Assembly (NCBI GenBank): GCA_964594835.1
Contig: CAZQNA010000002.1
Span: 96,001 to 160,000, forward strand
Reading direction: 5' to 3'
Length of the DNA: 64,000 bases
Origin: an uncultured Nitrososphaerota archaeon
GTDB taxonomy: Archaea; Korarchaeota; Korarchaeia; Korarchaeales; Korarchaeaceae
Part shown: positions 47,440-57,639 of the stretch, piece after piece
How the letters are laid out: every line of letters starts with the position of its first letter
Numbering within the stretch: the stretch's first letter is position 1
Position numbers and translations under genes: made by a program
The notes under the pieces: generated by a model
Seen by the model: only the letters and a program-made list of their open reading frames with translations
The model's database searches: none
Told to the model about the DNA's origin: nothing

Positions 47440-48495
47440 TCAGAGGGCCTCCCGGGCGGCCCTCGACGCCGTGTCGATGACCTGCCTGACGAGGTCATAC
47501 CTGGAGGAGTACCCGCCGCCGGAGAGCCTCATCTCCACGAGCCTCCTGGGGTCGGGTATCAGCCTGTGGTTGAGCACGGCAAACGAGACGGCGTCGACGT
47601 CCTCGGGCTCGGCCACCTCCGACCCCCTCAGCGCCGCGTGGGCCTTTGCGGCCCGGAGGAGGGATATTCCCGCCCTCGGGCTCGCGCCCAGCGTCACCAT
47701 CCCCCTCACAGGCTCGAAGAGCTCGGGCCTCGTGTACCTGATCAGCCTGGTCACGTACTCCAGCGTCTCCTCAGACGCCTCCACCCCCCTGGCCACCTCC
47801 TCCTGGGCCCTGACCACCCAGCCCGGCTCGACCACGGGCTCCAGGTCGAGGATTGGCTCCGTCAGCCTATCTGAGTGGAGCCTCAGCACGGCCTTCTCCT
47901 CCTCCAGGTTCCTGGGGTAGCCGACGATCACCCTCATGAGGAACCTGTCCAGCTGGGCCTCCGGCAGCGGGTAGGTCCCCTCCTGCTCGACCGGGTTCTG
48001 GGTGGCCAGGACGAAGAAGAACTTCCCCCTGGGCCGGTCCTCGAGCGGGTACGTCCTGTCCCCTATGGTGACCTCCCTCTCCTGCATGGCCTGGAGAAGG
48101 GCCGACTGGGTCCTGGGGATGGCCCTGTTGATCTCGTCAGCCAGAAGGACGTATGAGAAGACGGGCCCGAACCGTGGCTCGAACCTCAGCTCCCTAGGGT
48201 TGAACACGAGGCTCCCGGTCACGTCGGAGGGCATGAGGTCGGGCGTGCACTGGATCCTGCTGAGGCCCCTGAAGGGGACGCCGCCCAGGTCCACGCGGAG
48301 GCCGTCCAGACCCAGCAGCCTCGCCAGTCCCCTGACGGCCGTGGTCTTGGCGACACCCGGGACCCCCTCGAGCAGGACGTGACCGTTCGCCAGCAGGGAC
48401 ACGAGGGTCAGCCTGACCTGCTCCTCCATGCCGATGAGGACCTCTCCCAGCCGATCAAGGATCAGCTGAGACTTCTCGGCCACGTCAGCCCCCAA
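47440..48495 (-). CDS. moxR: MoxR family AAA+ ATPase
   Basis: GHVLLEGVPGVAKT, RIQCTPDLMPSD, LADEINRA, TQNPVEQEGTYPLPEAQLDRF. Confidence 0.95.
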   Translation of the reverse strand: MGADVAEKSQLILDRLGEVLIGMEEQVRLTLVSLLANGHVLLEGVPGVAKTTAVRGLARLLGLDGLRVDLGGVPFRGLSRIQCTPDLMPSDVTGSLVFNPRELRFEPRFGPVFSYVLLADEINRAIPRTQSALLQAMQEREVTIGDRTYPLEDRPRGKFFFVLATQNPVEQEGTYPLPEAQLDRFLMRVIVGYPRNLEEEKAVLRLHSDRLTEPILDLEPVVEPGWVVRAQEEVARGVEASEETLEYVTRLIRYTRPELFEPVRGMVTLGASPRAGISLLRAAKAHAALRGSEVAEPEDVDAVSFAVLNHRLIPDPRRLVEMRLSGGGYSSRYDLVRQVIDTASRAAREAL

Positions 48496-49183
48496 TCCAG
48501 TCTCCCCCCTCTACCAGAACCACGTCCCCGACCCTGCGGACCCTGGGCCAGGGGACGTCCACCGACGCCCCCTCGCCCTCCTCCACGTGCTCCCGCAGGA
48601 TCCCCTCCTCGGCCTCCCCGGCGCCCTCCTCGCGCAGGATCCGCAGGAGGTCCTCCAGCCTCTCGGCCGGAATCCTCGGATTTCTGTAGGGGTCGATCCG
48701 GGCCTCGAGCCTCTCCGCGAGCCCGGGGTCCCTGGACCTCAGGTCCCTCAGGTACCTCAGCCAGGCCACCTCCCCCGAGGAGGCTCTGACCCTCAGGCCC
48801 GGCACCCCCGGGCCCACGACCACCTCGGACACCGTCCCCAGCACCCTCCCGTCCAGCGTGATGGCCAGCCTGCCGACGGCCCTGCCGAGGTCCGCCGGGG
48901 AGGGCTCCCCAACCCTGACCCCCCTGTAAGATGCTTCCCTGGGCGTGGAGAGCAGGACCACCGGTCCGCCCGGGCCCTCGGCTATAGCCGAGATCTCCTC
49001 AACGGGTATCAGTCCCTTCTCGTGCTCCATCTCCCTCCCGCTCTCGGGGTCCCTCACCGCCTCCGTCACCCTGAGGAACAGGCCGTCCTCGGACGCCTCG
49101 AGCCCCGAGGCCCGCCCGTAGATGAGCCCCTCGCTGTCGACGACCGGAGCCCCCGCCAGCTCCCTGTCCGAGTAGAACCTCAC
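48485..49183 (-). CDS. Tandem PRC-barrel domain protein
   Basis: ELAGAPVVDSEGLIYG, DGRVLGTVSEVVV, VPWPRVRRVGDVVLV. Confidence 0.7.
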   Translation of the reverse strand: MRFYSDRELAGAPVVDSEGLIYGRASGLEASEDGLFLRVTEAVRDPESGREMEHEKGLIPVEEISAIAEGPGGPVVLLSTPREASYRGVRVGEPSPADLGRAVGRLAITLDGRVLGTVSEVVVGPGVPGLRVRASSGEVAWLRYLRDLRSRDPGLAERLEARIDPYRNPRIPAERLEDLLRILREEGAGEAEEGILREHVEEGEGASVDVPWPRVRRVGDVVLVEGGDWIGG

Positions 49184-49266
49184 GGTGGGGACCCGGCGCC
49201 GGCGACGAAAAAAGGGTGACCCCCCTGGCGCGGGCCGCTTAATTTCTGCTCGGCGCCGGACGGGCG

Positions 49267-50196
49267 GTGCCGGCGCGGGGGGTCAGGAGGGTCTGCGAGG
49301 AGGCCGCGGCCCTGGTGGAGATGGCCAGGACGCACGCCGACTCCCACGCGGTGGGGGTCACGCCGCTCCGGGCCAAGGGCATCGGCCTCGAGTGGGAGGA
49401 CTACAGGGACTACCAGCCGGGGGACGACTTCCGACTGATAGACTGGAGGCTCTCGGGCAGGGCGATAGGTCCGGAGGGTGGGATGAGGATCCTGGTCCGG
49501 GAGAGGAGGGCCGAGCGGCGGCTGGAGGTGGTCCTGGCCCTGGACGCCTCCCTCTCCATGGAGTTCGGGGAGAAGCTTCACGCCGCCCTCTATGCACTCT
49601 CGTTCATGGCCTCTCTGGCGAGGTGGCTCAGCGACGTCACGACCCTCCTGGTACTGGGGCCGGAACGCCCATCCGTGATCAGGCTCCCGCCGTCAGAGCT
49701 GGCCCTGGCGGCAGTTCACGAGATCTGCGAGACCTCAGGGGTGGAGGGGAGGGTTGACCTCCGGGACGTCGCCCGCGCGGCGACCTCGATCACCTCCAGG
49801 AGGGCCTCGCTGGTCCTGATCACCGACCTGGCCCACGACCCGGGGGAGTTCGAGGACCTCGCCTCCTCCCTCTCCTCGGCGGGCTGGGGCCTCGGCCTGG
49901 CCCTGTCCTCCCACCCGTCGGAGGTCTCCCTGCCGCCCGGGGGGGCGGCCGAGCTGGTCGACCCAGAGGCTGGGCCCGTCAGGGTGGGCGGCGTGAGGGA
50001 GTGGAGGGCGCTGTCCGACCGGCTGGCGGAGCACAGGGCCCTCGCGTTTGCGGCCCTCAGGAGGTGGGCGGTGCCCCACGTGGAGTTCGTCGGGCTGGAG
50101 GGGTGCAGGGCCGCCGCCCCCTCTCTGGCCTGGCTCTACCGCTCCGCCAGGGAGGGGGCCGGCAGGGTCCGGGCGGCCCTCGCCGGGCCGGGCTGA
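49267..50196 (+). CDS. DUF58 domain protein
   Basis: GIGLEWEDYRDYQPGDDFRLIDWRLS, DASLSM, LITDL. Confidence 0.9.
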   Translation: MPARGVRRVCEEAAALVEMARTHADSHAVGVTPLRAKGIGLEWEDYRDYQPGDDFRLIDWRLSGRAIGPEGGMRILVRERRAERRLEVVLALDASLSMEFGEKLHAALYALSFMASLARWLSDVTTLLVLGPERPSVIRLPPSELALAAVHEICETSGVEGRVDLRDVARAATSITSRRASLVLITDLAHDPGEFEDLASSLSSAGWGLGLALSSHPSEVSLPPGGAAELVDPEAGPVRVGGVREWRALSDRLAEHRALAFAALRRWAVPHVEFVGLEGCRAAAPSLAWLYRSAREGAGRVRAALAGPG

Positions 50197-50237
50197 ACCT
50201 CGTTAATCTAATTACTGCCCGGCTCCAAGAGGGTCAG

Positions 50238-51197
50238 GTGAGCCCCTCGCCAATAAACCTCCGCGTCCGCGGGGCCAAGCCCGAGTACGCCATCGCCCTG
50301 GCGATAGCGCTCACCCTCCTGGCCTTCTTCTGGCCCGCCATAGCCCCATCCGGCGCGGTTGACCCGGAGGACTTGACGCTCGTGGGGCCGGGCGCAGAGC
50401 TGGCGTCTCGGGCGCTGGAGAACTCCTCCTCCCTGGCCTACGACTCCCTCTGGGTGGACGTCGACCAGGCCCCGATAGCCCTCGCCGGCGCCGCGGCGTC
50501 GCGGTCCCTGGAGATGCTGGCCAGGGCGGAGAGGGCCGCGGAGGAGATGAGGGGCACGGATCTGGCCCTCAGGGTGCTCGAGGCGTCCAGGTCCTATCGG
50601 GCCGAGGCGGTCGCGGCCGGCTCGTCCTCCAGGGCGGCCTCGGCGCTCGACGCGGTCCGACCATCTGTCTGGAGGGCCGTGGACCTCCTCACATCCGGGG
50701 ACGTCTGGGGCGCGCTGGACGTTTGGTCCGGAGTCGCGTCGGACGTCAGGAGGGCCAGGGAGGACGTGGGGTGGGCCCTCCTCAACCTCTCCACGGTGGA
50801 CGAGTCGTCCCTCCTCTCGGAGTCCCACGTCAGGTCCCTGGGGGAGTCCAGGGAGAGGCTCGAGGCCCTGGCCAGGGAGCTCGACGTGATACTGGCCCTC
50901 TTCTCCCTCGTGGAGAGGAATCCCGAGGCGGCCCAGAGGGCCCTGTCGGCGGCCGCGGCCGCCAGGGACGGCGAACTCTCCCCGGAGGAGGCCCTGAAGG
51001 TCCTCACGTCCCCCGGCGTCGGGGAGTTCGTGTCCGGGGTGTCTGCGCTCAGCCCTGGCGACGCGGGCAGGTTCGGGGGCCAGGTCTCGCAGCTCAGGGC
51101 GCTCATCGACGCCCTGAGGGGGGCGGCCCAGGGAGGTCAGGCCGGGGCCCCGGGTCAGGGGTCCGGGGCGGGGTGGGGAGGGAGGCCCGATGACTAG
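50238..51197 (+). CDS. Membrane-anchored helical protein of the MoxR/vWA locus
   Basis: TM near the N-terminus, all-alpha body; overlaps the next gene. Confidence 0.6.
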   Translation: MSPSPINLRVRGAKPEYAIALAIALTLLAFFWPAIAPSGAVDPEDLTLVGPGAELASRALENSSSLAYDSLWVDVDQAPIALAGAAASRSLEMLARAERAAEEMRGTDLALRVLEASRSYRAEAVAAGSSSRAASALDAVRPSVWRAVDLLTSGDVWGALDVWSGVASDVRRAREDVGWALLNLSTVDESSLLSESHVRSLGESRERLEALARELDVILALFSLVERNPEAAQRALSAAAAARDGELSPEEALKVLTSPGVGEFVSGVSALSPGDAGRFGGQVSQLRALIDALRGAAQGGQAGAPGQGSGAGWGGRPDD

Positions 51198-52137
51198 CGT
51201 GGGGCTCGAGAGGCCTTGGGCCCTCCTTGCGGCGCCGGTTGGGCTCTTCCTCCTCCTCACCCTGGCCAGGAGGGCCCTCGGGCTCGTGAGGGCGATCGAG
51301 TCCTCCATGGACCCCGCGGGAAGGCCGGCCGGCAGGAGGGCGCTGGTCGCCTCGCTGGCGGCCAGGGCGGCGCTCGTGATCTCGCTGGCGCTGCTGGCCG
51401 CCGGCCCATACGTCGTGAGGGTCGAGAGGGTCTCGGTCACGCCCGACAGCCCCCTGCTCTCCCGCGCCGAGGCCCAGATCGTGATCCTCCTGGACGCCTC
51501 CAAGAGCATGGGCTACCCCCTCGGGGCCGGCGGCGGGACGAGGATGGAGGCGGCTGTGGAGGCGGTGATGGGCATCCTCAGGTCCCTGTCGCCCGGGGAC
51601 CTCGTCACCCTGATAGCCTTCGCCGGAGACGCCGAGGTCCTGGCCTCAGGCCCGTCCGGGGAGGTGGCCCGGTACCTCGAGGGGCTGGAGGCGGACAGGA
51701 ACTTCACGTCCCTGGGAGACGCCCTCGTGGCGGCCCTCGCGGCCGCATCCTCCTCCGGGAGGCCCACGGCCGTCGTCCTCGTCTCTGACGGGGGTAACAA
51801 CGGCGGGACAGACCCGATCGAGGCTGCGAGGAGGTTAGGGGAGGCGGGGATCCCCCTCCTGGTCATCCAGGTCGGGCGGGGGGCCAGCGCGGACCCGGCC
51901 CTCATGGCTGACGTGGCGAGGTCGGCGGGCGGGGAGTTCAGGTGGCTCGGGGAGATGGACGAATCGGCCATCGAGTCCCTGGCCGCCGAGGCCGCGAGGA
52001 CGGCCAAGTACGAGGCCCTCAGGGCGGCGGGCAGGGCGTACGTCGAGGTGGAGGTGACGGACGAGAGGGGCCCAAGGACCCTCCTGAGCGCTGCCTCGGC
52101 GGTCCTCCTCCTCCTGGCCCTGGCCGGGGGTGCGTGA
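51190..52137 (+). CDS. vWA domain membrane protein (BatA-like)
   Basis: MIDAS DASKSM, TSLGDAL, VSDGGNN; flanking TMs. Confidence 0.88.
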   Translation: MTSVGLERPWALLAAPVGLFLLLTLARRALGLVRAIESSMDPAGRPAGRRALVASLAARAALVISLALLAAGPYVVRVERVSVTPDSPLLSRAEAQIVILLDASKSMGYPLGAGGGTRMEAAVEAVMGILRSLSPGDLVTLIAFAGDAEVLASGPSGEVARYLEGLEADRNFTSLGDALVAALAAASSSGRPTAVVLVSDGGNNGGTDPIEAARRLGEAGIPLLVIQVGRGASADPALMADVARSAGGEFRWLGEMDESAIESLAAEAARTAKYEALRAAGRAYVEVEVTDERGPRTLLSAASAVLLLLALAGGA

Positions 52138-52138
52138 G

Positions 52139-53113
52139 ATGGAGCTAGGGGTGGGCGCGTGGGCCGCCGCTCTGGCCTTGGCCTGTCCCATACTGGGGCT
52201 CGCCCTCAGGAGGAGGCTCGCCTCGTCTCCCCCGGTTAGGGTGACCTACCCGCTGGCCGGACTGCTCCACCCACCTGAGAGGCGGGCCCGCGTCGGGAGG
52301 AGGGCCCTCCTGGCGGCGGCCCTCGTCGCCCTGACGGTGGGCCTCCTGTCCCCGACGATCACCGTGGAGAGGGAGGTGAGGGTCCAGGCCTCGGGCGAGG
52401 TCCAGGCCTCCCTCCAGATAGCCAGACCGGCGGTCGTCCTGCTGGTCGACGTCTCCGGCAGCATGGGCGAGCCCCTCCCGGGGGGCGTCAAGATTGAGGC
52501 CGCGAGGGAGGCCGCCCTCAGGTTCGTGGAGGGCCTGCCCGAGGGGGTGGACGTGGGCCTGATAGCGTTCTCCGACCGAGTCGAGCTCTCAGTCCCCCCC
52601 ACGGGGAACAGGTCCAGGCTCGAGGGGGCGATCTCGGAGCTGACGGCCTCCGGCGGGACAATGTACTCCTATCCCCTCTCCTCGGCCCTGGCCTGGGTCA
52701 GGGGATACAGGGCCTTCAACGCCACCTGCGCGGTGGTCATCGTGACCGACGGCCTGCCGGCCGACAGGGTCGAGTACAGGGGGCTGCTGAGCTCGTTCAG
52801 GGAGATCGGGGTCCCGGTCCACGCGGTCTTCATAGGCCCGCCGGGCTCGGAGGGGGAGGGGGAGACCAGGCTCATAGCGAGGGAGACCGGGGGCACGCAG
52901 CACACGGCGGAGACCGTCGGCGACCTCGTCGACGCGCTCTCCGAGCTCTCCTCCCGGATATCAGAGGCCGTCGCCAGCGCCCAGTTCGAGGCAGAGGTGA
53001 GGGTCCCCGTCTCGGAGAGGGTGGACCTCGGCTGGCCCCTGGTCCTCGCCGGGCTGGCGCTCTACGCGTCTTACTGGGCGGTCGCCCTGCGGGACGAGGG
53101 GACTCGGTTCTGA
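52139..53113 (+). CDS. Second vWA domain membrane protein
   Basis: DVSGSM, SGGT, VTDG; flanking TMs. Confidence 0.88.
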   Translation: MELGVGAWAAALALACPILGLALRRRLASSPPVRVTYPLAGLLHPPERRARVGRRALLAAALVALTVGLLSPTITVEREVRVQASGEVQASLQIARPAVVLLVDVSGSMGEPLPGGVKIEAAREAALRFVEGLPEGVDVGLIAFSDRVELSVPPTGNRSRLEGAISELTASGGTMYSYPLSSALAWVRGYRAFNATCAVVIVTDGLPADRVEYRGLLSSFREIGVPVHAVFIGPPGSEGEGETRLIARETGGTQHTAETVGDLVDALSELSSRISEAVASAQFEAEVRVPVSERVDLGWPLVLAGLALYASYWAVALRDEGTRF

Positions 53114-53817
53114 GTACACCGAATGGACCAGTCTCGGCCGCCGGAGGACCTCACGCGGTCCAGCAGGATGAGGAGGGCCCCGGCCGCCGCTAGGTAAAGG
53201 GTCCTGAGGGCCTGGCTGCGACCCGGGTGGACCCTGGCCTGCAGGCTCATGAAGGCGTCGCAGTCCACGGTCGCGTTGGGGGGCAGGGGGTGGTCGAGCT
53301 CCGACACGGCGACGACCAGGGCGTGCCACCTCCCCTCCCCCGGGACCTCTGCCTCCCCGCTCAGGTACCCCCAGGACCACTTCGGCCTCTCCAGCTGGGC
53401 CCGGCTGGAGGCCAGCTCCTCAGCCCTGCTGGCCAGGTCCAGGGGGTCGCTGGACAGCACGGAGAGCGGGAGCCCCAAGGCACGCCCCTCGCTCGCTGGC
53501 AGGACGAGGACCTCCCCGCCCACCGGCCTGGGGCTCAGGGTGGCCGGGGGTGTGCCCTGGGGGTGGGGAACAGGGGGCGCCGCGAAGGCCTGGGGCACGG
53601 ACGCGCTCACCGAGATCTGGACGCCCTCCACCTCCCCCACCTCGAACTCCTCGCTCGCCGCCACGGTCACTATCCGATCTCCGGAGGCCAGGCACCTCAC
53701 CCTCGAGCCCAGGGGGGATATGTGGCTGGCCCCCGCCCTCTCCGCGGCAACGAGGCCCAGGATACCCCCGACCGCCAGGCAGATGATCAGGACCCCGGCC
53801 GCCCCCACCGACGACAT
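53071..53817 (-). CDS. Hypothetical protein with N- and C-terminal TM
   Basis: Follows the ABC permease; hydrophobic termini. Confidence 0.55.
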   Translation of the reverse strand: MSSVGAAGVLIICLAVGGILGLVAAERAGASHISPLGSRVRCLASGDRIVTVAASEEFEVGEVEGVQISVSASVPQAFAAPPVPHPQGTPPATLSPRPVGGEVLVLPASEGRALGLPLSVLSSDPLDLASRAEELASSRAQLERPKWSWGYLSGEAEVPGEGRWHALVVAVSELDHPLPPNATVDCDAFMSLQARVHPGRSQALRTLYLAAAGALLILLDRVRSSGGRDWSIRCTQNRVPSSRRATAQ

Positions 53818-53820
53818 CCC

Positions 53821-54573
53821 TCAGGTCACCTCCAGCCTCCTGCCGACCCACAGCGCGAACCCCGCCTGGACGGCGGCAGCGAGGGACCCGGACACGATCG
53901 CGGGGACCCACCAGGGGCTTGGGACGGCGGCGCCGATCAGCTCCGAGGTGGCCGGGAGGACCCACCCCACCAGGCCCGCGACCAGGGTCTGCCTTCCCGT
54001 GAGGGCGCCCAGCGACGCCAGCGCCACCCCCACGACCGCCGGCATCAGGAGGACCACCGCCAGGCCGTAGGCGGACACCACACCCTTCCTCCTCAGGAGC
54101 GCGACCCAGAGGATCGACCCGAAGACGAGGCAGTCCTCGACCGCCCTGTAGATCAGGGGCTCGGTCACGACTCCGGTGACGAGCCTCGGGTCGAGGATGG
54201 CTATCGGCACCAGCGGGGCCAGGACCTCGACCGCCACCGGGATCCACACCGCGGCGGCCAGCCAAGCGGCGGCGTACTCCTCCCTCCTGATGGGGAGGCT
54301 CAGGTGGAACGCCGCCTCGGATCTAAGCTCCTCCGCCAGGCCCGCGGCCAGCGAGAAGGACACGATACCGAAGATCAGGTGGGAGAACATCAGGCTCGTG
54401 CTGACGGCGTTGGTCGGGATCCTGCCCGGGAGGATCGCCACCTGGGAGACGGCCGCCCCGAGCCCGAACACCCCCGCCGCCAGCGAGGCCACCAGCGCCC
54501 CCAGGGGGACCGCGTAGGAGTTCCTCCCGAGGGAGACGGACAGGTACTCCTCCAGCACTTCAAGCAGCCTCAC
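53821..54573 (-). CDS. ABC-2 type permease
   Basis: 6 TM; LSLPIRREE motif; overlaps the ATPase gene. Confidence 0.75.
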   Translation of the reverse strand: MRLLEVLEEYLSVSLGRNSYAVPLGALVASLAAGVFGLGAAVSQVAILPGRIPTNAVSTSLMFSHLIFGIVSFSLAAGLAEELRSEAAFHLSLPIRREEYAAAWLAAAVWIPVAVEVLAPLVPIAILDPRLVTGVVTEPLIYRAVEDCLVFGSILWVALLRRKGVVSAYGLAVVLLMPAVVGVALASLGALTGRQTLVAGLVGWVLPATSELIGAAVPSPWWVPAIVSGSLAAAVQAGFALWVGRRLEVT

Positions 54574-55474
54574 GGAGCACCACCCTCCTGTACAGGTCCA
54601 TGAGCCCGGCCGACCCGGACGAGATCACCCGAATCCCGGGGATCGAGGCCACCTCGGCCTGGGCAAGCTCCAGGGAGCCGGGCGCCACCCTTGCGGAGAC
54701 CGATTCCCCGTCGACCTCCACCGCCTCCACAAAGTCCAGAGAGATGAGCCTGGCCGCCACCTCCCTGGGCCTACGCGCCCTCAGCACGATCCGGGCCTGG
54801 GTCCCGTACCTCCTCGCCAGGTCCTCCAGCGGGCCGTAGTCGAGGATCACGCCCTCGGATATGAAGGCGGCGGAGTCGCAGACCCGCTCCAGCTCGGGGA
54901 TGATGTGGGACGACACCAGCATGGTCACGCCGAGCTCCCCCCTGAGGGTGTTCATCAGGTCCAGGATCTCCACCCTGGCCGCCGGGTCCAGGTTTGCGGT
55001 GGGCTCGTCGAGGAGCAGGAGGTCCGGCTCCCCCATGATCGCCAGAGACAGGCCGAGCCTCTGGAGGTAGCCCCGGCTGAGGGCCGAGACCCTCATCTCC
55101 AAGTGCTCCGAGAGCCCGGCCAGCCTCGCCGCCCTCCGGGCGTCCTCAGGGCCGAGGCCCCTAACCCTCGCGGCGTACCTGAGCAGCCTCCACACGTCCA
55201 CGTCCGTCGGGTACATCGGCCTCTCGTGGAGCATCCCGACCCTCTGCCTGACCCTGTGCCCCTCCTTCCAGGGATCCATGCCCAGGACCTCAACCTCCCC
55301 CCGGCTCGGCCTCAGGAGGCCCACCAGTATCTTGAGGGTGGTGGTCTTCCCCGCCCCGTTTGGGCCCAGCAGGCCCGTGGCCGATCCCTCTCTCACCTCG
55401 AACGAGACCTCGCGGAGCGCCTGAACTCGGCCAAACCGCTTGCTCAACCCCCTGACCGAAACGGCGAGCCCCAA
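54560..55474 (-). CDS. ABC-2 transporter ATP-binding protein
   Basis: GPNGAGKTT, LSRG, LLDEPT, SSH. Confidence 0.92.
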   Translation of the reverse strand: MGLAVSVRGLSKRFGRVQALREVSFEVREGSATGLLGPNGAGKTTTLKILVGLLRPSRGEVEVLGMDPWKEGHRVRQRVGMLHERPMYPTDVDVWRLLRYAARVRGLGPEDARRAARLAGLSEHLEMRVSALSRGYLQRLGLSLAIMGEPDLLLLDEPTANLDPAARVEILDLMNTLRGELGVTMLVSSHIIPELERVCDSAAFISEGVILDYGPLEDLARRYGTQARIVLRARRPREVAARLISLDFVEAVEVDGESVSARVAPGSLELAQAEVASIPGIRVISSGSAGLMDLYRRVVLREAA

Positions 55475-55498
55475 CGGGTCCCGTCCTCCCAGGGGCGC

Positions 55499-55786
55499 TC
55501 ACTCCTGCCTCTTGGTGAAGGAGTGAGTCGGGATTATGGTGTGGGTGTCCCTCACGCCGGGGATCTTGGTTATCTTGTCGAGCACGACGTCCATGACCTC
55601 CTCCTCGGAGGGGGCGACGATGTCCCTCCTAACCCTCAGGACCGCGAGGACGTCGTAGTCACCGGGGACGATATGGGCCTCCTCGACCTCCGGCAGCTCC
55701 ATCACCCTCCTGATGACGTCCTTCTCCTTTCCGAGGTCCGTGGACAGCAAGACAAATGCCCTGGCGTACCTCTTCATCTCGTACAT
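55499..55786 (-). CDS. Stand-alone Lrp/AsnC ligand-binding (RAM) domain
   Basis: ARAFVLL...PEVEEAHIVPGDYDV...IPGVRDTHT. Confidence 0.85.
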   Translation of the reverse strand: MYEMKRYARAFVLLSTDLGKEKDVIRRVMELPEVEEAHIVPGDYDVLAVLRVRRDIVAPSEEEVMDVVLDKITKIPGVRDTHTIIPTHSFTKRQE

Positions 55787-55926
55787 GCTATCCACCGTGC
55801 GCGGGCGATGGCCGGCCAATTTTAACGTATCTGAGGTTGGGCCGCCGGTCGGCCGGGCGCCCAAAGTCCAGCCTCACGCTCGGCCCCTCCAGATTGCGCG
55901 GGGCCGGGGGCGGACCGCCGAGGCGG

Positions 55927-56772
55927 TCACCCGACCCCCTTCAGCGCCGACTCCAGGATGCCGGCCATCTCCTCGATTGAGAGGACGCTGGGGGGAACCC
56001 CAAGATCTCCGAGCCTCTGGGCCAGCCTCGTTATCTGCGGCGGCTTGATGTTGGCCCGGGCCAGCACCTCGGCCTGAGCGAAGACCTCCCTCGTGGGACC
56101 GTCGAGGAGTATCCTGCCGTCGGCCATGGCGACGGTCCTCTCCGCGTACTTGGCCACGATGGGCATGTCGTGGGTGATTATGATGATCGTGTGCCCGTGC
56201 TCCCGGTTCAGCATCGTCAGGAAGTCCATGATGTCTATCGACTGCTTGAAGTCCTGCCCGGTGGTGGGCTCGTCCACTATGATGACTCTCGGCCTCATGG
56301 CGAGTATGCTGGCTATCGCGACCCTCTGCCTGAGCCCCTTGCTCAGGAAGAACGGGTGCTCCTCCCTGTACGACTCGTCCAGCCCGACGATCCTCATGGC
56401 CTCCGTCACGCGCTCCTCGACCTCCTCCTCGGGGAGCTTCAGGTTCCTCGGGCCGTAGGCTATCTCGTCGTAGACGGTCTGGTTGAACAGCTGGTGGTCC
56501 GGGTTCTGGAAGATGTACCCCACCAGCGTCGCCAGCTCGGACATGGGCGCCTCCTTGGTGTTCCTCCCGAACACCCACACGTCCCCGGTGGTGGGCTTGA
56601 GCAGGCCGGAGATGTTCTTGCTCAGCGTGGTCTTTCCTGATCCGTTCTGCCCTATGAACGCCAGGAACTCGCCCTCCCGTATCGTCAGCGAGGCCTCCCT
56701 CAGCCCCACGGTCCCGTCCGGGTACACGTAGCTGATGTGATCTACCCTGACCGCCTCTCCCACGCGCGTCAC
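55927..56772 (-). CDS. ECF transporter ATPase
   Basis: GQNGSGKTT, FQNPDHQLF, DEPTTGQD, THDM. Confidence 0.9.
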   Translation of the reverse strand: MTRVGEAVRVDHISYVYPDGTVGLREASLTIREGEFLAFIGQNGSGKTTLSKNISGLLKPTTGDVWVFGRNTKEAPMSELATLVGYIFQNPDHQLFNQTVYDEIAYGPRNLKLPEEEVEERVTEAMRIVGLDESYREEHPFFLSKGLRQRVAIASILAMRPRVIIVDEPTTGQDFKQSIDIMDFLTMLNREHGHTIIIITHDMPIVAKYAERTVAMADGRILLDGPTREVFAQAEVLARANIKPPQITRLAQRLGDLGVPPSVLSIEEMAGILESALKGVG

Positions 56773-57638
56773 CTCCTCCCCAAGATCTCCCTCACTATCC
56801 CCTCGGCCTCGTCCACGGTCATGGGCACCGGGCCGTCGTAAAGCCCGCGCCTCCTCAGCTCGTTGGCCAGCACCATCACGTCCGGCGGGAACACGTCGTG
56901 CTCCAGCAGGAAGTCGATGTCCTGGAAGAACTCCCTGGGCGGGGCGACCTTCGGTATCGTGCCGTGGTAGACGAGGACCATCTTGTCCGCCAGCGGGGCT
57001 ATGTCCTCCAGCCGGTGCTCTATGACGATCACGGTGGCGTTGTACCTCCTCTTCATCTCGGTCAGGACCTCTATCACCTCGGTCTTGCCTATCGGGTCCA
57101 GCATTGAGGTCGGCTCGTCAAGCACGATGATCTTGGGCCTCATGGCCAGCACGCTCGCTATGGCCACTCTCTGCTTCTCCCCGCCGCTGAGCTCGTAGGG
57201 GGGCTTCTCTAGGTAGTCCTCCGGTATGTTCGTCAGCTCCAGGGCCCACCACATCCTCTCCTCTATCTCCTCCCTCGGCAGCCCCCTGTTCTCCAGGGCG
57301 AAGACGACCTCCTCCTCGACCGTCATCGAGAGGAACTGGCTCTCCGGGTCCGGGAACACGAAGCCCACGCTCTCGGCTATCTCGGCTACGGGGTGCTCCC
57401 TGGTGTCCATCCCGTCCACGACCACCCGGCCCTGCATCACGCCGGGGTAGTTGTTCGGGATCAGCCCGTTGATGCTCATGGCCAGGGTCGTCTTCCCGGA
57501 GTCGTTCGGGCCAACTATTCCCACGAACTCCCCCTGGTGAATCTCCAGGTCCACGCCCTTCAGGACCCAGTCCCTGGAGCCCTCGTACTTCCACCTGAGC
57601 CCCTCGACCCTTATCACGGGTTCCGCCAATCCCATCAC
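56769..57638 (-). CDS. ECF transporter ATPase
   Basis: GPNDSGKTT, LSGGEKQR, DEPTSMLDP, EH. Confidence 0.9.
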   Translation of the reverse strand: MMGLAEPVIRVEGLRWKYEGSRDWVLKGVDLEIHQGEFVGIVGPNDSGKTTLAMSINGLIPNNYPGVMQGRVVVDGMDTREHPVAEIAESVGFVFPDPESQFLSMTVEEEVVFALENRGLPREEIEERMWWALELTNIPEDYLEKPPYELSGGEKQRVAIASVLAMRPKIIVLDEPTSMLDPIGKTEVIEVLTEMKRRYNATVIVIEHRLEDIAPLADKMVLVYHGTIPKVAPPREFFQDIDFLLEHDVFPPDVMVLANELRRRGLYDGPVPMTVDEAEGIVREILGRR

Positions 57639-57639
57639 C

